NCBI GenBank assembly: GCA_963796275.1
Contig: CAWCKY010000007.1
Coordinates: 160,001-224,000, forward strand
DNA from: an uncultured Acidobacteriota bacterium
GTDB lineage: Bacteria > Acidobacteriota > Blastocatellia > RBC074
Length of the DNA: 64,000 bases
Direction of reading: 5' to 3'
Part shown: one piece after another, positions 10,363-19,773 of the stretch
Position numbering within the stretch: the stretch's first letter is position 1
Layout of the letters: each line of letters opens with the position of its first letter
Made by a program: the position numbers and the translations under genes
The notes under the pieces: generated by a model
The model's database searches: none
Seen by the model: the letters and a program-made list of their open reading frames with translations, nothing else
What the model was told of the DNA's origin: nothing

Positions 10363-11196
10363 TTGCCAAAATCTGAAGCTAAAATTCGGAGAAGAAGACC
10401 CAAGTCCAGTGTGAAGCCAAAGGTACACCCGGAGGTCACGTCCGCCCCTGAGTATTATTCGAAAGTCATCGGCAGGGCGCTTGGCATTCTCGATTTCTTC
10501 TCCGACCCGGATACCAACCTCAATCTTACCGAGCTCGTACAGTTGAGCGGAATACCCGAAGCCTCACTTTTCCGCGTGCTTCTGACTCTCGAGCACCATA
10601 ACTACCTTCAGCGCAATCCGGACGGATCTTATAGGATGGCGCCCAAAGTCCTGTTTGGGACCCTTTACGGGCATGCCGAGAAGCTTAAGCAAAAAATGCG
10701 CCCATTGCTGGTTTATCTCAACCAGCGCTTCGATGAGACCGTCAGCCTGGCCTATTTGTTTGGGGATAAGATACAGGTGATCGACGTTCTGGAGGCATTT
10801 CAAGAGGTTCGCGCGACAAATACGCTCGGAAAACTGCTCCCGCCACACTGCAGCTCCATGGCCAAGGCGATCACGGCCTTCCAGCCGCAGGAGCGCATCG
10901 ATAGAATCCTCAAAGTCTATGGGCTCGTTCGTTTTACCGAGAGAACTATTGTCGACCGCCTCGCAATCCTTAAGGAGTACGAGAAGATCAAGAATCAAGG
11001 CTGGTCTATGGAGCGCGAAGAATCAGCGGTCGGAATATGTTGTATGGGAGCGCCTGTTTTTAACGAAAACCGGAACGTGATGGCAGCTATCAGTGTGATG
11101 TGCCCGCTCATTCGCATCACGCCCGAGAGGGAAAAGGAGATCAGACAGGAGTTGCTCAAGACCTCCCGAGAAGCGGCATCTGCTCTCTTGATTTAG
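10363..11196 (+). CDS. IclR family transcriptional regulator
   Basis: Winged HTH (LTELVQLSGIPEASLFRVLLTL) and effector domain (HCSSMAKA, GWSMEREES, GAPVF, AAISV). Confidence 0.93.
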   Translation: MPKSEAKIRRRRPKSSVKPKVHPEVTSAPEYYSKVIGRALGILDFFSDPDTNLNLTELVQLSGIPEASLFRVLLTLEHHNYLQRNPDGSYRMAPKVLFGTLYGHAEKLKQKMRPLLVYLNQRFDETVSLAYLFGDKIQVIDVLEAFQEVRATNTLGKLLPPHCSSMAKAITAFQPQERIDRILKVYGLVRFTERTIVDRLAILKEYEKIKNQGWSMEREESAVGICCMGAPVFNENRNVMAAISVMCPLIRITPEREKEIRQELLKTSREAASALLI

Positions 11197-11251
11197 AGAA
11201 CCCGCGCCGTCAATAGCCATACATCCCAATTTGTCATCCAGACAAACTGAT

Positions 11252-12787
11252 TCAGCGAGGCATCGATTTTCGTTCTGACACTGCAACCTTGATAAGTAAA
11301 ATGTCAAACAGCCCGCCGTTATGCGCATTTTGCAGTGAGCCGATTGTTGGTAGATTACGCGAGCCTGTCAGTCCGGTTGCCCAGACGCCGCCCTCCGGCG
11401 CAGGCGCTGTCCCTTCCAAATAATCCCTTCCGTTACCTCCAACGTAACTCGATAACAGCACTGACCCATTCGGATTTATCACGCATACAAAGCCATCTCC
11501 ATCTCTATAGCCTTCTCTCTCTCCACCGCCATAGACAGTTTGAATCGCGTTTGCCGTCGGAAAATCTGACGAATGGGTCATTCCTACAACCCACGCATTG
11601 CCATCCCGATCGATTGTTATGTCGCCACCATCATAGCCGCTTGAGTCATACCCGCTGCCACCAAGGTAGGTGGAATACAATATTTTCGTTCCCATCGTAT
11701 CGAACTTCATTACGAATGCATCGGTCTCCCCTTTGTAGCTACGCTGGATGGCATTCGGGGTGGTAGGAAAGTCGGTGGATTCAGATCCGCCTGCGAGATA
11801 TGGCCTTCCGGCACCATCGACAGCTATGCCCCAACCATAATCTTCGCCCGCGCCTCCAATGAAAGTCGAAAATCCATAACTCAAATCAGAGAGCTTCAGC
11901 CTGGTCAAAAATGCGTCTGTTTTTCCATTCAGCATCTTTTGAATCGCCGCTCGCAGCGGAAAATCAGGTGATTGGGTGCACCCGGAAATGAATAGACTAC
12001 CTGAATTATCGAGAGCTATTCCCGTCAACTTCTCATCCTCACTGCCCCCGATATATTTGACATATTCGACTCGCAAGGTTGACGGCTGATCGAGCTTCCA
12101 AACGGCGACGAATCCGTCTCCCTTTCCTGAATTCTTGCTTCCCATTTCAATTCCAGGCAGATCATCGGACCAGGTCGTCCCAGCCAGATAGACATTCCCT
12201 GCTTTATCGAGCGCCAGTGCATTGCCCTGATCAGCGGCGCTGCCGCCGAAAAACGACGAGTATTCAATTGCGCCGTCAGCCTTGAGCTTCACCAGAAAGG
12301 CATCGCTCTCGCCGCCGATATATTCGCGCCGAAATGCATTGCCGGTAGTAGGGAAGTTAGACGACTTGGTAAATCCGGCAACGTAGGCATTGCCTTGTTG
12401 ATCAACTTCGATGCGAAATGCACCGTCATATTTACTCCCTCCCAAACGTGTCGTGTAGATCACTTTTCCGGCGACCGGGTCGATCTTGGATACGAAAGCA
12501 TCCATCCGATCGGCGTCCTGGGAGTTATCTCGTCGTTTGGAGCCCGGAAAATCGTTCGACAAAGAATGACAAGCCAGATAAATATTGCCCGCAGAGTCCA
12601 CCGTGATGTCATCACAGTCATCCTCATCGCTCCCGCCAAACCAAGACAGAAAGCTGAAAGACACAGCCCTGGTGCTTGGGATTTGCTTATCGGAGCGAGA
12701 AAGCTGGCTGGTGACGGCTGTTCGCGAGCTTAAGCATATGAAGCTAAGTAAAGGAACGGCAAAAATGATAAATACAGTTTTACGCAT
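11252..12787 (-). CDS. Secreted SBBP-repeat beta-propeller protein
   Basis: Repeated YSTYLGGSGxD / VDxxGNxYxAGxTxSxDFPT / DAFVxK units; signal peptide. Confidence 0.88.
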   Translation of the reverse strand: MRKTVFIIFAVPLLSFICLSSRTAVTSQLSRSDKQIPSTRAVSFSFLSWFGGSDEDDCDDITVDSAGNIYLACHSLSNDFPGSKRRDNSQDADRMDAFVSKIDPVAGKVIYTTRLGGSKYDGAFRIEVDQQGNAYVAGFTKSSNFPTTGNAFRREYIGGESDAFLVKLKADGAIEYSSFFGGSAADQGNALALDKAGNVYLAGTTWSDDLPGIEMGSKNSGKGDGFVAVWKLDQPSTLRVEYVKYIGGSEDEKLTGIALDNSGSLFISGCTQSPDFPLRAAIQKMLNGKTDAFLTRLKLSDLSYGFSTFIGGAGEDYGWGIAVDGAGRPYLAGGSESTDFPTTPNAIQRSYKGETDAFVMKFDTMGTKILYSTYLGGSGYDSSGYDGGDITIDRDGNAWVVGMTHSSDFPTANAIQTVYGGGEREGYRDGDGFVCVINPNGSVLLSSYVGGNGRDYLEGTAPAPEGGVWATGLTGSRNLPTIGSLQNAHNGGLFDILLIKVAVSERKSMPR

Positions 12788-12936
12788 AGTCGTCGAATCG
12801 CCTCAGGGATAGTCTTATTCGTCTCACTCAGGGTTTTGAGGGAGCCGCGGACAATCTGAGCGCAGCGCCTCCAGAATCTTGTGCGGCTTATGAGGGACAG
12901 CACGTTCATCCGGGTCTCGATAGTTATTTTCCACAT

Positions 12937-13050
12937 GTTTCACATAGTAAAACGGCGCTTTGCGCAATGCAAAATCAGCCTTGACAGTGTGATTCATCGA
13001 ACATATATTCCGTTCACATTTCGCGTTTGGAAATATTTCACAATAAGAAT
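12937..13050 (+). promoter_or_regulatory. Promoter and candidate operators upstream of the enolase-receptor operon
   Basis: TTGACA (12981)-17 nt-TATATT; near-palindrome GTTTCACATAGTAAAAC (12937-12953); GAAATATTTC (13030-13039). Confidence 0.55.
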
Positions 13051-13286
13051 AACAAAAGAGCCTTTGTATGCTGCGAACAGGCTTCGATCTTCGGGCTTCC
13101 GCTGGATAGGAACGCAGACCTGTTGGGCGCAGTTTAATTCATGGCGTGGTGAGGGACCAACTGCATCCCTCATGCCAGGCGTGACTGTGCGTGTGACGTG
13201 TGGCGCCACCGGGCAGATCGACTTCTTCACTCACGCCCAAGTGCGCTGCAACCCGGACCCCGGTGATGTTCTGGAAAGGAATGGAA

Positions 13287-14564
13287 ATGAACCGGCGACA
13301 TTTTATTTCTGCAATTGCGGCTTCGGCCATCACATCAGCTGCTGCAAAAGACTGGGCGACATCGAGTCGGGCTAGACGGATGCGAACTGCGCCCGTCGCG
13401 ATCAAAAGCGTGGCGCTGGCGCCTTATGAAGGACGTTTCCACAAGTTTGTCGCGATGAACAGTTACGACAGAGCTCCCAAAGGTCACACCTATCCGCAAA
13501 CCCTGGTGCGGATCGCTACTGATCAAGGGATCGAAGGGGTTGGCGTAATGGGATACGCCGCGGCGAATGCGGAATTTCATCAATCGCTCAAAAGCCTGAT
13601 CGGCGCCAATCCGCTCGAATTGTACGAAATGAAGGATAGCCGCATCGTCGGTCGTTCTCCCGGATTTGCGGATATTCTCGGGCGTTACCGTTTTCTAGAC
13701 TGGGCCCTGATGGACCTTATCGGAAAGCTGAACGGGAAGCCGGTCTGGCAACTGATCGGCAAGAGCGCGCGCGATAGGGTAGAGGTCTACGACGGAACGC
13801 TCTATTTCAGCGATGTCTGGTTCCGTGACCGTGGAGTACGCGCCGTCGTCGAGGAAGCTGAAGAAGCTCAGAAGAAAGGTTACCGCGGCGTCAAGCTCAA
13901 GCTCGGCCGCGGGTGGAAGTGGATGGATAAAGAAGAAGGATTGCGCCGGGACATCGAAGTCGTGCGGGCCGTCCGCAAAGCCGTGGGCCCGCAGATGAAG
14001 CTGATGGCGGACGCCAACAACGGGTACCAAAAAGACCCGGTACGCGCCTGGCGATTGCTGGCCGAGACCGCCGACGCAAATCTGTACCTGATAGAAGAAA
14101 TCTTTCCGGAGGACGTTCAGCACTATACGGATCTCAGGACGAAGATGCATCAAGCCGGAATGAAGACGCTGATCGCCGATGGAGAGAATGCTTCAAACAT
14201 CGCATTGTTTAAGCCCTACCTGGAGCCGCGGCGTCTGATGGACATTCTACAGATGGATATTCGCACCGGCGGTCTGTTGGAGAATCTCACGCTGGCGCGC
14301 ATGGGCGAGGCGGCCGGCGCCGTGTCGATCCCTCATAACTGGGGATCGCAGGTCGGTGGTCTGATGGGCCTTCATCTCGCGAAAGCCGTTCCCAACGTCA
14401 TCGCCGCAGAAGACGACCGTTCCACATGCGACCTGATCGTCGCAGAAGGATATGAGTTCCGCGATGGAACCTACAGCATTCCGGAGAGCCCCGGGCTGTC
14501 GATCCGCGTGGATGAGGACGTCTACCAGCTGAAATGCAAACCTGGTGAGACTCTTATCAATTAG
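13287..14564 (+). CDS. Tat-exported mandelate racemase/muconate-lactonizing (enolase superfamily) enzyme
   Basis: MNRRHFISA twin-arginine start after GAAAGGA; motifs KLKLG, MADANNG, IEEIF, IADGEN, PHNWG. Confidence 0.88.
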   Translation: MNRRHFISAIAASAITSAAAKDWATSSRARRMRTAPVAIKSVALAPYEGRFHKFVAMNSYDRAPKGHTYPQTLVRIATDQGIEGVGVMGYAAANAEFHQSLKSLIGANPLELYEMKDSRIVGRSPGFADILGRYRFLDWALMDLIGKLNGKPVWQLIGKSARDRVEVYDGTLYFSDVWFRDRGVRAVVEEAEEAQKKGYRGVKLKLGRGWKWMDKEEGLRRDIEVVRAVRKAVGPQMKLMADANNGYQKDPVRAWRLLAETADANLYLIEEIFPEDVQHYTDLRTKMHQAGMKTLIADGENASNIALFKPYLEPRRLMDILQMDIRTGGLLENLTLARMGEAAGAVSIPHNWGSQVGGLMGLHLAKAVPNVIAAEDDRSTCDLIVAEGYEFRDGTYSIPESPGLSIRVDEDVYQLKCKPGETLIN

Positions 14565-14722
14565 GTTTATCGGTATCTGCTCATAGCTCGTTTTAAATGC
14601 TGGTTAGTTCAACCTGAAGCCCCAAACCTTGCCCCGTTCGCTCAATAACAGCTGGTTAAAACTTTGCCGGGATCATCGCCAATCGAAACAAAGAGAAGAG
14701 ATTTATCACAAAGGAGAATCGC

Positions 14723-17700
14723 ATGCGGAAAAGTATTTGGGCTGTACTGACAACCGTCTTTCTGCTCTCCAGCCCCGCCTGGGCGCAATTCAACAGCGCC
14801 CTCCAGGGCGTTGTGCAGGATGCGTCAAAGGCGGCGGTCACCGGTGCTACGGTCAAACTCAATAACAGGCAAACCGGGGCGACGCAGGAGACCAAGACGA
14901 GCGAGGCAGGTTTCTACCGCTTCACCAGCCTGGCGCCGGGTGAATATGAAATCACGATCGATGCGCAAGGGTTTCAGGTTAAGTCGGTGAAGACTTCGCT
15001 GACGACCAGGCAAAACCTCGAAGTCAATTTCGATCTGGAAGTGAAGACCGCACAAGAGACCGTGCAGGTGACGGCGGAGGCGCCGATTCTCAACACGGCT
15101 GAGACGCGGCAAGAATTGACGTTGAAACAGGGCAAGATTCGCGACCTGCCGCTACTCAACAACAGCATCTTCGTTCTGCTGTCGCTCGCTCCCGGAGTCG
15201 TCGGCACGAACGGCGCAGACGACAATTTCAACCCGGAGTATTTTTCCCAGATGAGCGCGAACGGCCGCAGCGCTGCCGGCAACACCTTCAACGTTGACGG
15301 GCTGAGTGTGACGAGCAATATCACCAACGGGACCTCCAACCTCGGGCTCAATCCCGAGGCAGTGCAAGAAGTGACAATCGAGACCAATACGTTTAAGGCC
15401 GAGCAGGGCCTGGGCAGTTCAATCGTGGTTTCTATAGCGACCAAGGCGGGCACCAACCAGTATCACGGGGCCGCTAATTACTGGTTCACCAACCAGGACA
15501 TGCGCGCCCGCACCAGTCTGCCCCATGTCGCCGAATATGCCCCGTTCGCGCGGCAGAACCTGAGCGGCGGTTTCGGCGGCCCGATCATCAAGAACAAGAC
15601 CTTCTTCTTCGGGGCCGTCGAAATGTTGCGCTCAAAAAATTCGCAGATCAGCAACGAGAGCTACGAGGCTCCGGAATTTCTCGCCTGGGCCCGACAAAAC
15701 TTCCCGAATACGGTCGGAACAAAACTCCTCACCGATGTTCCGATTCAGGGGCCGGTGCAGACCAATGTCCTGAGTACCGCGGCTGACGTACTGGGCGCCG
15801 GCAATTGCGGAATGGCGGCGACGGCCAATATTCCGTGCTCCCTTCCGATGGTGGTGCAGGGCACGTGGAACCGTTCGCCGTTCCGCAATGGGCTGCAATG
15901 GAGCATTCGCGGCGACCAAAATCTGCGCGATGGCAAAGACCGCATTTATGGCAGCTTCGTCCGGACGGAGTCCGAAAACGCCGATTTCGCGATTCGCCCT
16001 GAGCTAAGTGGACTTAGCGAGCGCAAGGTGAACGCTTACCAGGCCAGCTGGGTTCACACCTTCAGCGCCACTCTGCTCAACGAATTCGGCTTCTCGGCCA
16101 ACCGGGTGGAAGGATCGGATGGCATCGGCAAACCGTTCCGCCTCCCCTCGATCGGGGTTCAGGGCAGCGTCGGGACGGGCGTCGGTGGCGGCGGCACCTT
16201 CGTACAACACAACTACAACTGGCGCGATGTCGTGACCTGGGTCAAGGGTTCGCACACATTGAAATTCGGCGGGACGTTTTACACGGGCGACGATTATGCG
16301 CTCTTCGCGCCGGGCAACAGCCGCCCGACCTTCACCTTTCTGAATTTGCTCGACCTGGTGCGCGATCAACCTTTTTCAGGCGGCCTGGGCGCCCACGATC
16401 CCCTGACGGGCCAGAGGAAATCCTACGAATTCGGCGCGGCGCTCAACACGATCAGCGCTTTCGTTCAGGACGAATGGAAAGTGCGCCCGAATTTGACGTT
16501 GACGCTGAGTTTGCGCTGGGACGATTTCGGCAATCCGAGCGCGATCAAGGAGCCGGTCAAGGACTGGAAATTCACGAATCTATTCGTCGCACCGGGCAAG
16601 ACGGTGGACGAGATCATTCCGAACGCGGCCATCCGCCTGGTCGATCATCCATTTGACGGACGGTTGAATAAGAACTTCAGTCCCCGATTCGGATTCGCCT
16701 GGTCGCCCGGCAGCAGCCGCAAGACAAGCATACGAGGGGGCATCGGTTTGTATAATGACTGGGTCACGCTCGGCGAGACGGTGGACCGAATGAATATCAA
16801 TCCGCCGAATTTCCTCCTCCCAAACTTCGGCGTCAACCTGCCGCTTAAACCTCCAACCTTCCAGATCGGCACGTCGGACGTGTTCCCGTTCGGCTTCAAT
16901 ATTCCGCCGTTGACGGCGGCGAGTCTCGACGCGCGCGGCGGCATCAGCGGGTTGCAGACCCGCGTCGGCGGCGTCGCTCCCGATCTCACCACGCCGAAGG
17001 TCGTAAATTACCTGATCGGCGTCGAACGCGAAATATGGCGGCGCACGGTGGTCGGAATCAGCTACAGCGGCTCACGGACCTGGGATGCCATTGTCGGCAC
17101 GGATTTTAACCGGATACCGGGAGACTTGCTCGACACCCGTCTGGATCGGTTGAACCCGAGCTTCGGCGAGATCACCTACATCATCAATTTCAACAAGATG
17201 GCCTACAACGCGATGATCGCTTCAGTTCGCACGGACATGGGCCAACGAGGTCTCGTCCAGGCTTCGTACACGCTGGGCCGCGTCACCGATCTGTACCAGG
17301 GCGGCTCGCGTTCGGTCGGGTTAGAATCCGCGCCGGACCCGCGGCAGTTAGGAGACCGCCAGGCCGATTCCCGGTTTGATGTGCGGCATCGTTTATCCGC
17401 CTCGGGCATCTACCGGCTGCCGACGCCGTTCAGGGAAGCACGGTTGGCGAAAGCCTTCCTGGGCGGTTGGGAGATCGGTTCGACGGCTATCGTTCAATCC
17501 GGCACTCCGTTCACCGTCTTCTCAAACGCGGCGTTTAACCCGATACGCGACGCTAACGGGATCGTGACAGGGTTGAATCCGAACAGCGGAGATTACAATG
17601 CGGACGGGTTTAATTACGACTTTCCGAATCAGGCGCCGAATCTGCCGCAAAAATTCAGCCGCGACAATTTTTTGGGCAGTAACTCGCAGAAGGCCGTCTA

Positions 17701-17989
17701 CACGTTCGCGCAGTTCCCGGTGCCGACCATCGGGACGGAAGGGAACGGGCAGCGGTCCTATTTCCGGCAGCAAGGCTTCATCGGCATCAATGCCAGCTTG
17801 ATCAAGAATAACCGTCTGCCGATACTCGGTGAAGGCGGGAACCTGCAGCTCAAATTCGAGTTCTTCAACGTTCTCAATCGCGTGAACCTGGGAGACGTTG
17901 AGGCGAATCTGGCCAGCTTCAATTTCGGTAGGATTCTCGGTCAGCGCGATCCGCGCGTGATGCAGGTAGGCGCGCGCATCTCATTTTGA
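14723..17989 (+). CDS. TonB-dependent receptor
   Basis: Signal peptide, carboxypeptidase-regulatory-like domain, plug, FVQDEWKV...LTLTL, C-terminal QVGARISF. Confidence 0.93.
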   Translation: MRKSIWAVLTTVFLLSSPAWAQFNSALQGVVQDASKAAVTGATVKLNNRQTGATQETKTSEAGFYRFTSLAPGEYEITIDAQGFQVKSVKTSLTTRQNLEVNFDLEVKTAQETVQVTAEAPILNTAETRQELTLKQGKIRDLPLLNNSIFVLLSLAPGVVGTNGADDNFNPEYFSQMSANGRSAAGNTFNVDGLSVTSNITNGTSNLGLNPEAVQEVTIETNTFKAEQGLGSSIVVSIATKAGTNQYHGAANYWFTNQDMRARTSLPHVAEYAPFARQNLSGGFGGPIIKNKTFFFGAVEMLRSKNSQISNESYEAPEFLAWARQNFPNTVGTKLLTDVPIQGPVQTNVLSTAADVLGAGNCGMAATANIPCSLPMVVQGTWNRSPFRNGLQWSIRGDQNLRDGKDRIYGSFVRTESENADFAIRPELSGLSERKVNAYQASWVHTFSATLLNEFGFSANRVEGSDGIGKPFRLPSIGVQGSVGTGVGGGGTFVQHNYNWRDVVTWVKGSHTLKFGGTFYTGDDYALFAPGNSRPTFTFLNLLDLVRDQPFSGGLGAHDPLTGQRKSYEFGAALNTISAFVQDEWKVRPNLTLTLSLRWDDFGNPSAIKEPVKDWKFTNLFVAPGKTVDEIIPNAAIRLVDHPFDGRLNKNFSPRFGFAWSPGSSRKTSIRGGIGLYNDWVTLGETVDRMNINPPNFLLPNFGVNLPLKPPTFQIGTSDVFPFGFNIPPLTAASLDARGGISGLQTRVGGVAPDLTTPKVVNYLIGVEREIWRRTVVGISYSGSRTWDAIVGTDFNRIPGDLLDTRLDRLNPSFGEITYIINFNKMAYNAMIASVRTDMGQRGLVQASYTLGRVTDLYQGGSRSVGLESAPDPRQLGDRQADSRFDVRHRLSASGIYRLPTPFREARLAKAFLGGWEIGSTAIVQSGTPFTVFSNAAFNPIRDANGIVTGLNPNSGDYNADGFNYDFPNQAPNLPQKFSRDNFLGSNSQKAVYTFAQFPVPTIGTEGNGQRSYFRQQGFIGINASLIKNNRLPILGEGGNLQLKFEFFNVLNRVNLGDVEANLASFNFGRILGQRDPRVMQVGARISF

Positions 17990-18041
17990 TGGTGTCATCT
18001 GAACGGCAGCGCCGCTTCGGCAAAATCGCTGAACCGGCGCC

Positions 18042-18066
18042 GCCTTCTCCGCAGGCGCTTTTTTCA
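18042..18066 (+). terminator. Weak intrinsic terminator between the receptor and TPR genes
   Basis: Hairpin CGCCT-loop-AGGCG followed by a T-run. Confidence 0.35.
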
Positions 18067-18083
18067 CGAGGGGGGGTGGGCAG

Positions 18084-19553
18084 ATGGCTCGTATGCGCTG
18101 TGTCTTCCTTTTCGTCCACTTTCTTATCTTCATTCTGAGCTTAAGCTGTGAGCTAGCATTCGCCCAGGGCTTCGAGCAGGCGCGCGATCTGATTCGTCAG
18201 GGACAATTTGCCGAGGCCCTGCACGCCTGCGACGTAGGTCTGAAATCACAGCCGCGCAATTATCAAATCTTGACGCTCAAAGGCATTGCGCTGCAGGGCA
18301 TGGGGCGGAACCAGGATGGCCTGGCGGCCTTTCGACAGGCTTTGAGAATTCAACCGAAATTTCTGCCCGCGCTGCAGGGCGCCGCCCAACTCGAGTATCA
18401 ACTGTCTGATCCGCAATGCCGCAAGACGCTCGAGGCGCTTCTCCAAATCCGCCCTGAGCCAACCGCTCACGCGATGCTCGGCGCGCTGGCCTTCGAGCGA
18501 AAAGATTGCGCCGCCGCGATCAAGCATTACGGCGAAGCGGGAACGGCGGCCAATAATTCCATCGTAAAATGGCAACGCGCGATGTGTCACTATCAACTCA
18601 GGCAATGGGAGCCGGCGGAGACGCAGTTTCGCGAACTGCTTGCGACGGGTGAGAACGATCAAATCCGGTACAACCTCGCGCTGACGCAACTGGAAGGCAA
18701 GAAGTTCGCGGACGCAATCGCCACGCTCGAATCGCTGGGCAAGAAAGAGACTGCCGATGGCGACACGCTGAGCCTGCTAGCCGCTGCTTACAACGCGAAC
18801 AAGCAGGTACCCGAAGCGATCGAAGTCTTGCGCCGAGCAATCGCGCTACATCCGCGCGAAGAACGCCTTTACTCCGACCTGGCCGCGATCTGCCTCGAAC
18901 ACGACGCGATCCCAATCGGCATCGAAGTGCTGGAAGTCGGCGCGCGTAATATTCCTGTTTCGGCGCGCATCCAGACGATGCTCGGCGTATTGCACATCCG
19001 CTCCAATCAAGCGGATAAAGGCAAAGAGGCGTTTAAAAGGGCCAAACAGATTGCGCCCGACGCTACGTATAGCGGCATCAGTCTGGCTGTCGCTCTGATG
19101 CAACTCGGCACGGTGGAAGAAGCGCTCGATCAATTGCGCGAAGAACTCCAGCGGGCGCCCGAGGATTTACGCGTCTGCCTTACGTTGGCGCAGGCGTTGC
19201 TCCAAAAAGATTCGTCGCCCGCCGAATCGCAGGAGGCCCAAACGCTGCTGCGGCGCGTGATAGAAGGTGAACCGAACAACGCCCGCGCCCATTCGCTGCT
19301 GGGTAAGGTCTATCTACGGCGCGAGGAAACGGCCAATGCGGCGCGCGCCCTGGAGACCGCGATTCGCCTCGATTCGTCCGATCGCAACGCGACATATCAA
19401 TTGATGACGCTCTACCGCAAAACCGGAAGAATGAAAGAAGCCATCGCGCTGCAAGAGAAGGTTCAACGGCTGCTCGACGCCGAACGCGCGGAAGAGGGTG
19501 AAGCTGCGCGATTCCGCCTTTTCCGCGTTCCCGAGGGACGCCCCCCGCAATAG
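18084..19553 (+). CDS. Secreted tetratricopeptide-repeat protein
   Basis: Signal peptide and repeated TPR helices (e.g. AHSLLGKVYL...A...LETAIRLD). Confidence 0.88.
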   Translation: MARMRCVFLFVHFLIFILSLSCELAFAQGFEQARDLIRQGQFAEALHACDVGLKSQPRNYQILTLKGIALQGMGRNQDGLAAFRQALRIQPKFLPALQGAAQLEYQLSDPQCRKTLEALLQIRPEPTAHAMLGALAFERKDCAAAIKHYGEAGTAANNSIVKWQRAMCHYQLRQWEPAETQFRELLATGENDQIRYNLALTQLEGKKFADAIATLESLGKKETADGDTLSLLAAAYNANKQVPEAIEVLRRAIALHPREERLYSDLAAICLEHDAIPIGIEVLEVGARNIPVSARIQTMLGVLHIRSNQADKGKEAFKRAKQIAPDATYSGISLAVALMQLGTVEEALDQLREELQRAPEDLRVCLTLAQALLQKDSSPAESQEAQTLLRRVIEGEPNNARAHSLLGKVYLRREETANAARALETAIRLDSSDRNATYQLMTLYRKTGRMKEAIALQEKVQRLLDAERAEEGEAARFRLFRVPEGRPPQ

Positions 19554-19773
19554 AACTAGGAAAAGATTTGCTTTCGTTTTTCTATGATGGAAGTAGTCAG
19601 TGGGATTATTATGGCCTGGAGGGCGCAATCCGGTCAGATGCATATTTCTTGTTAGCCGTTTCGTGTACCTATTGTGGGCGTTCGATTATGCGCACCCTTC
19701 CGGGTAATCCACTCCCGGCATGCGACCGGCCCGGTACCTTGTATTATCTGTTGATTGGCAGGAATATAGTTCG

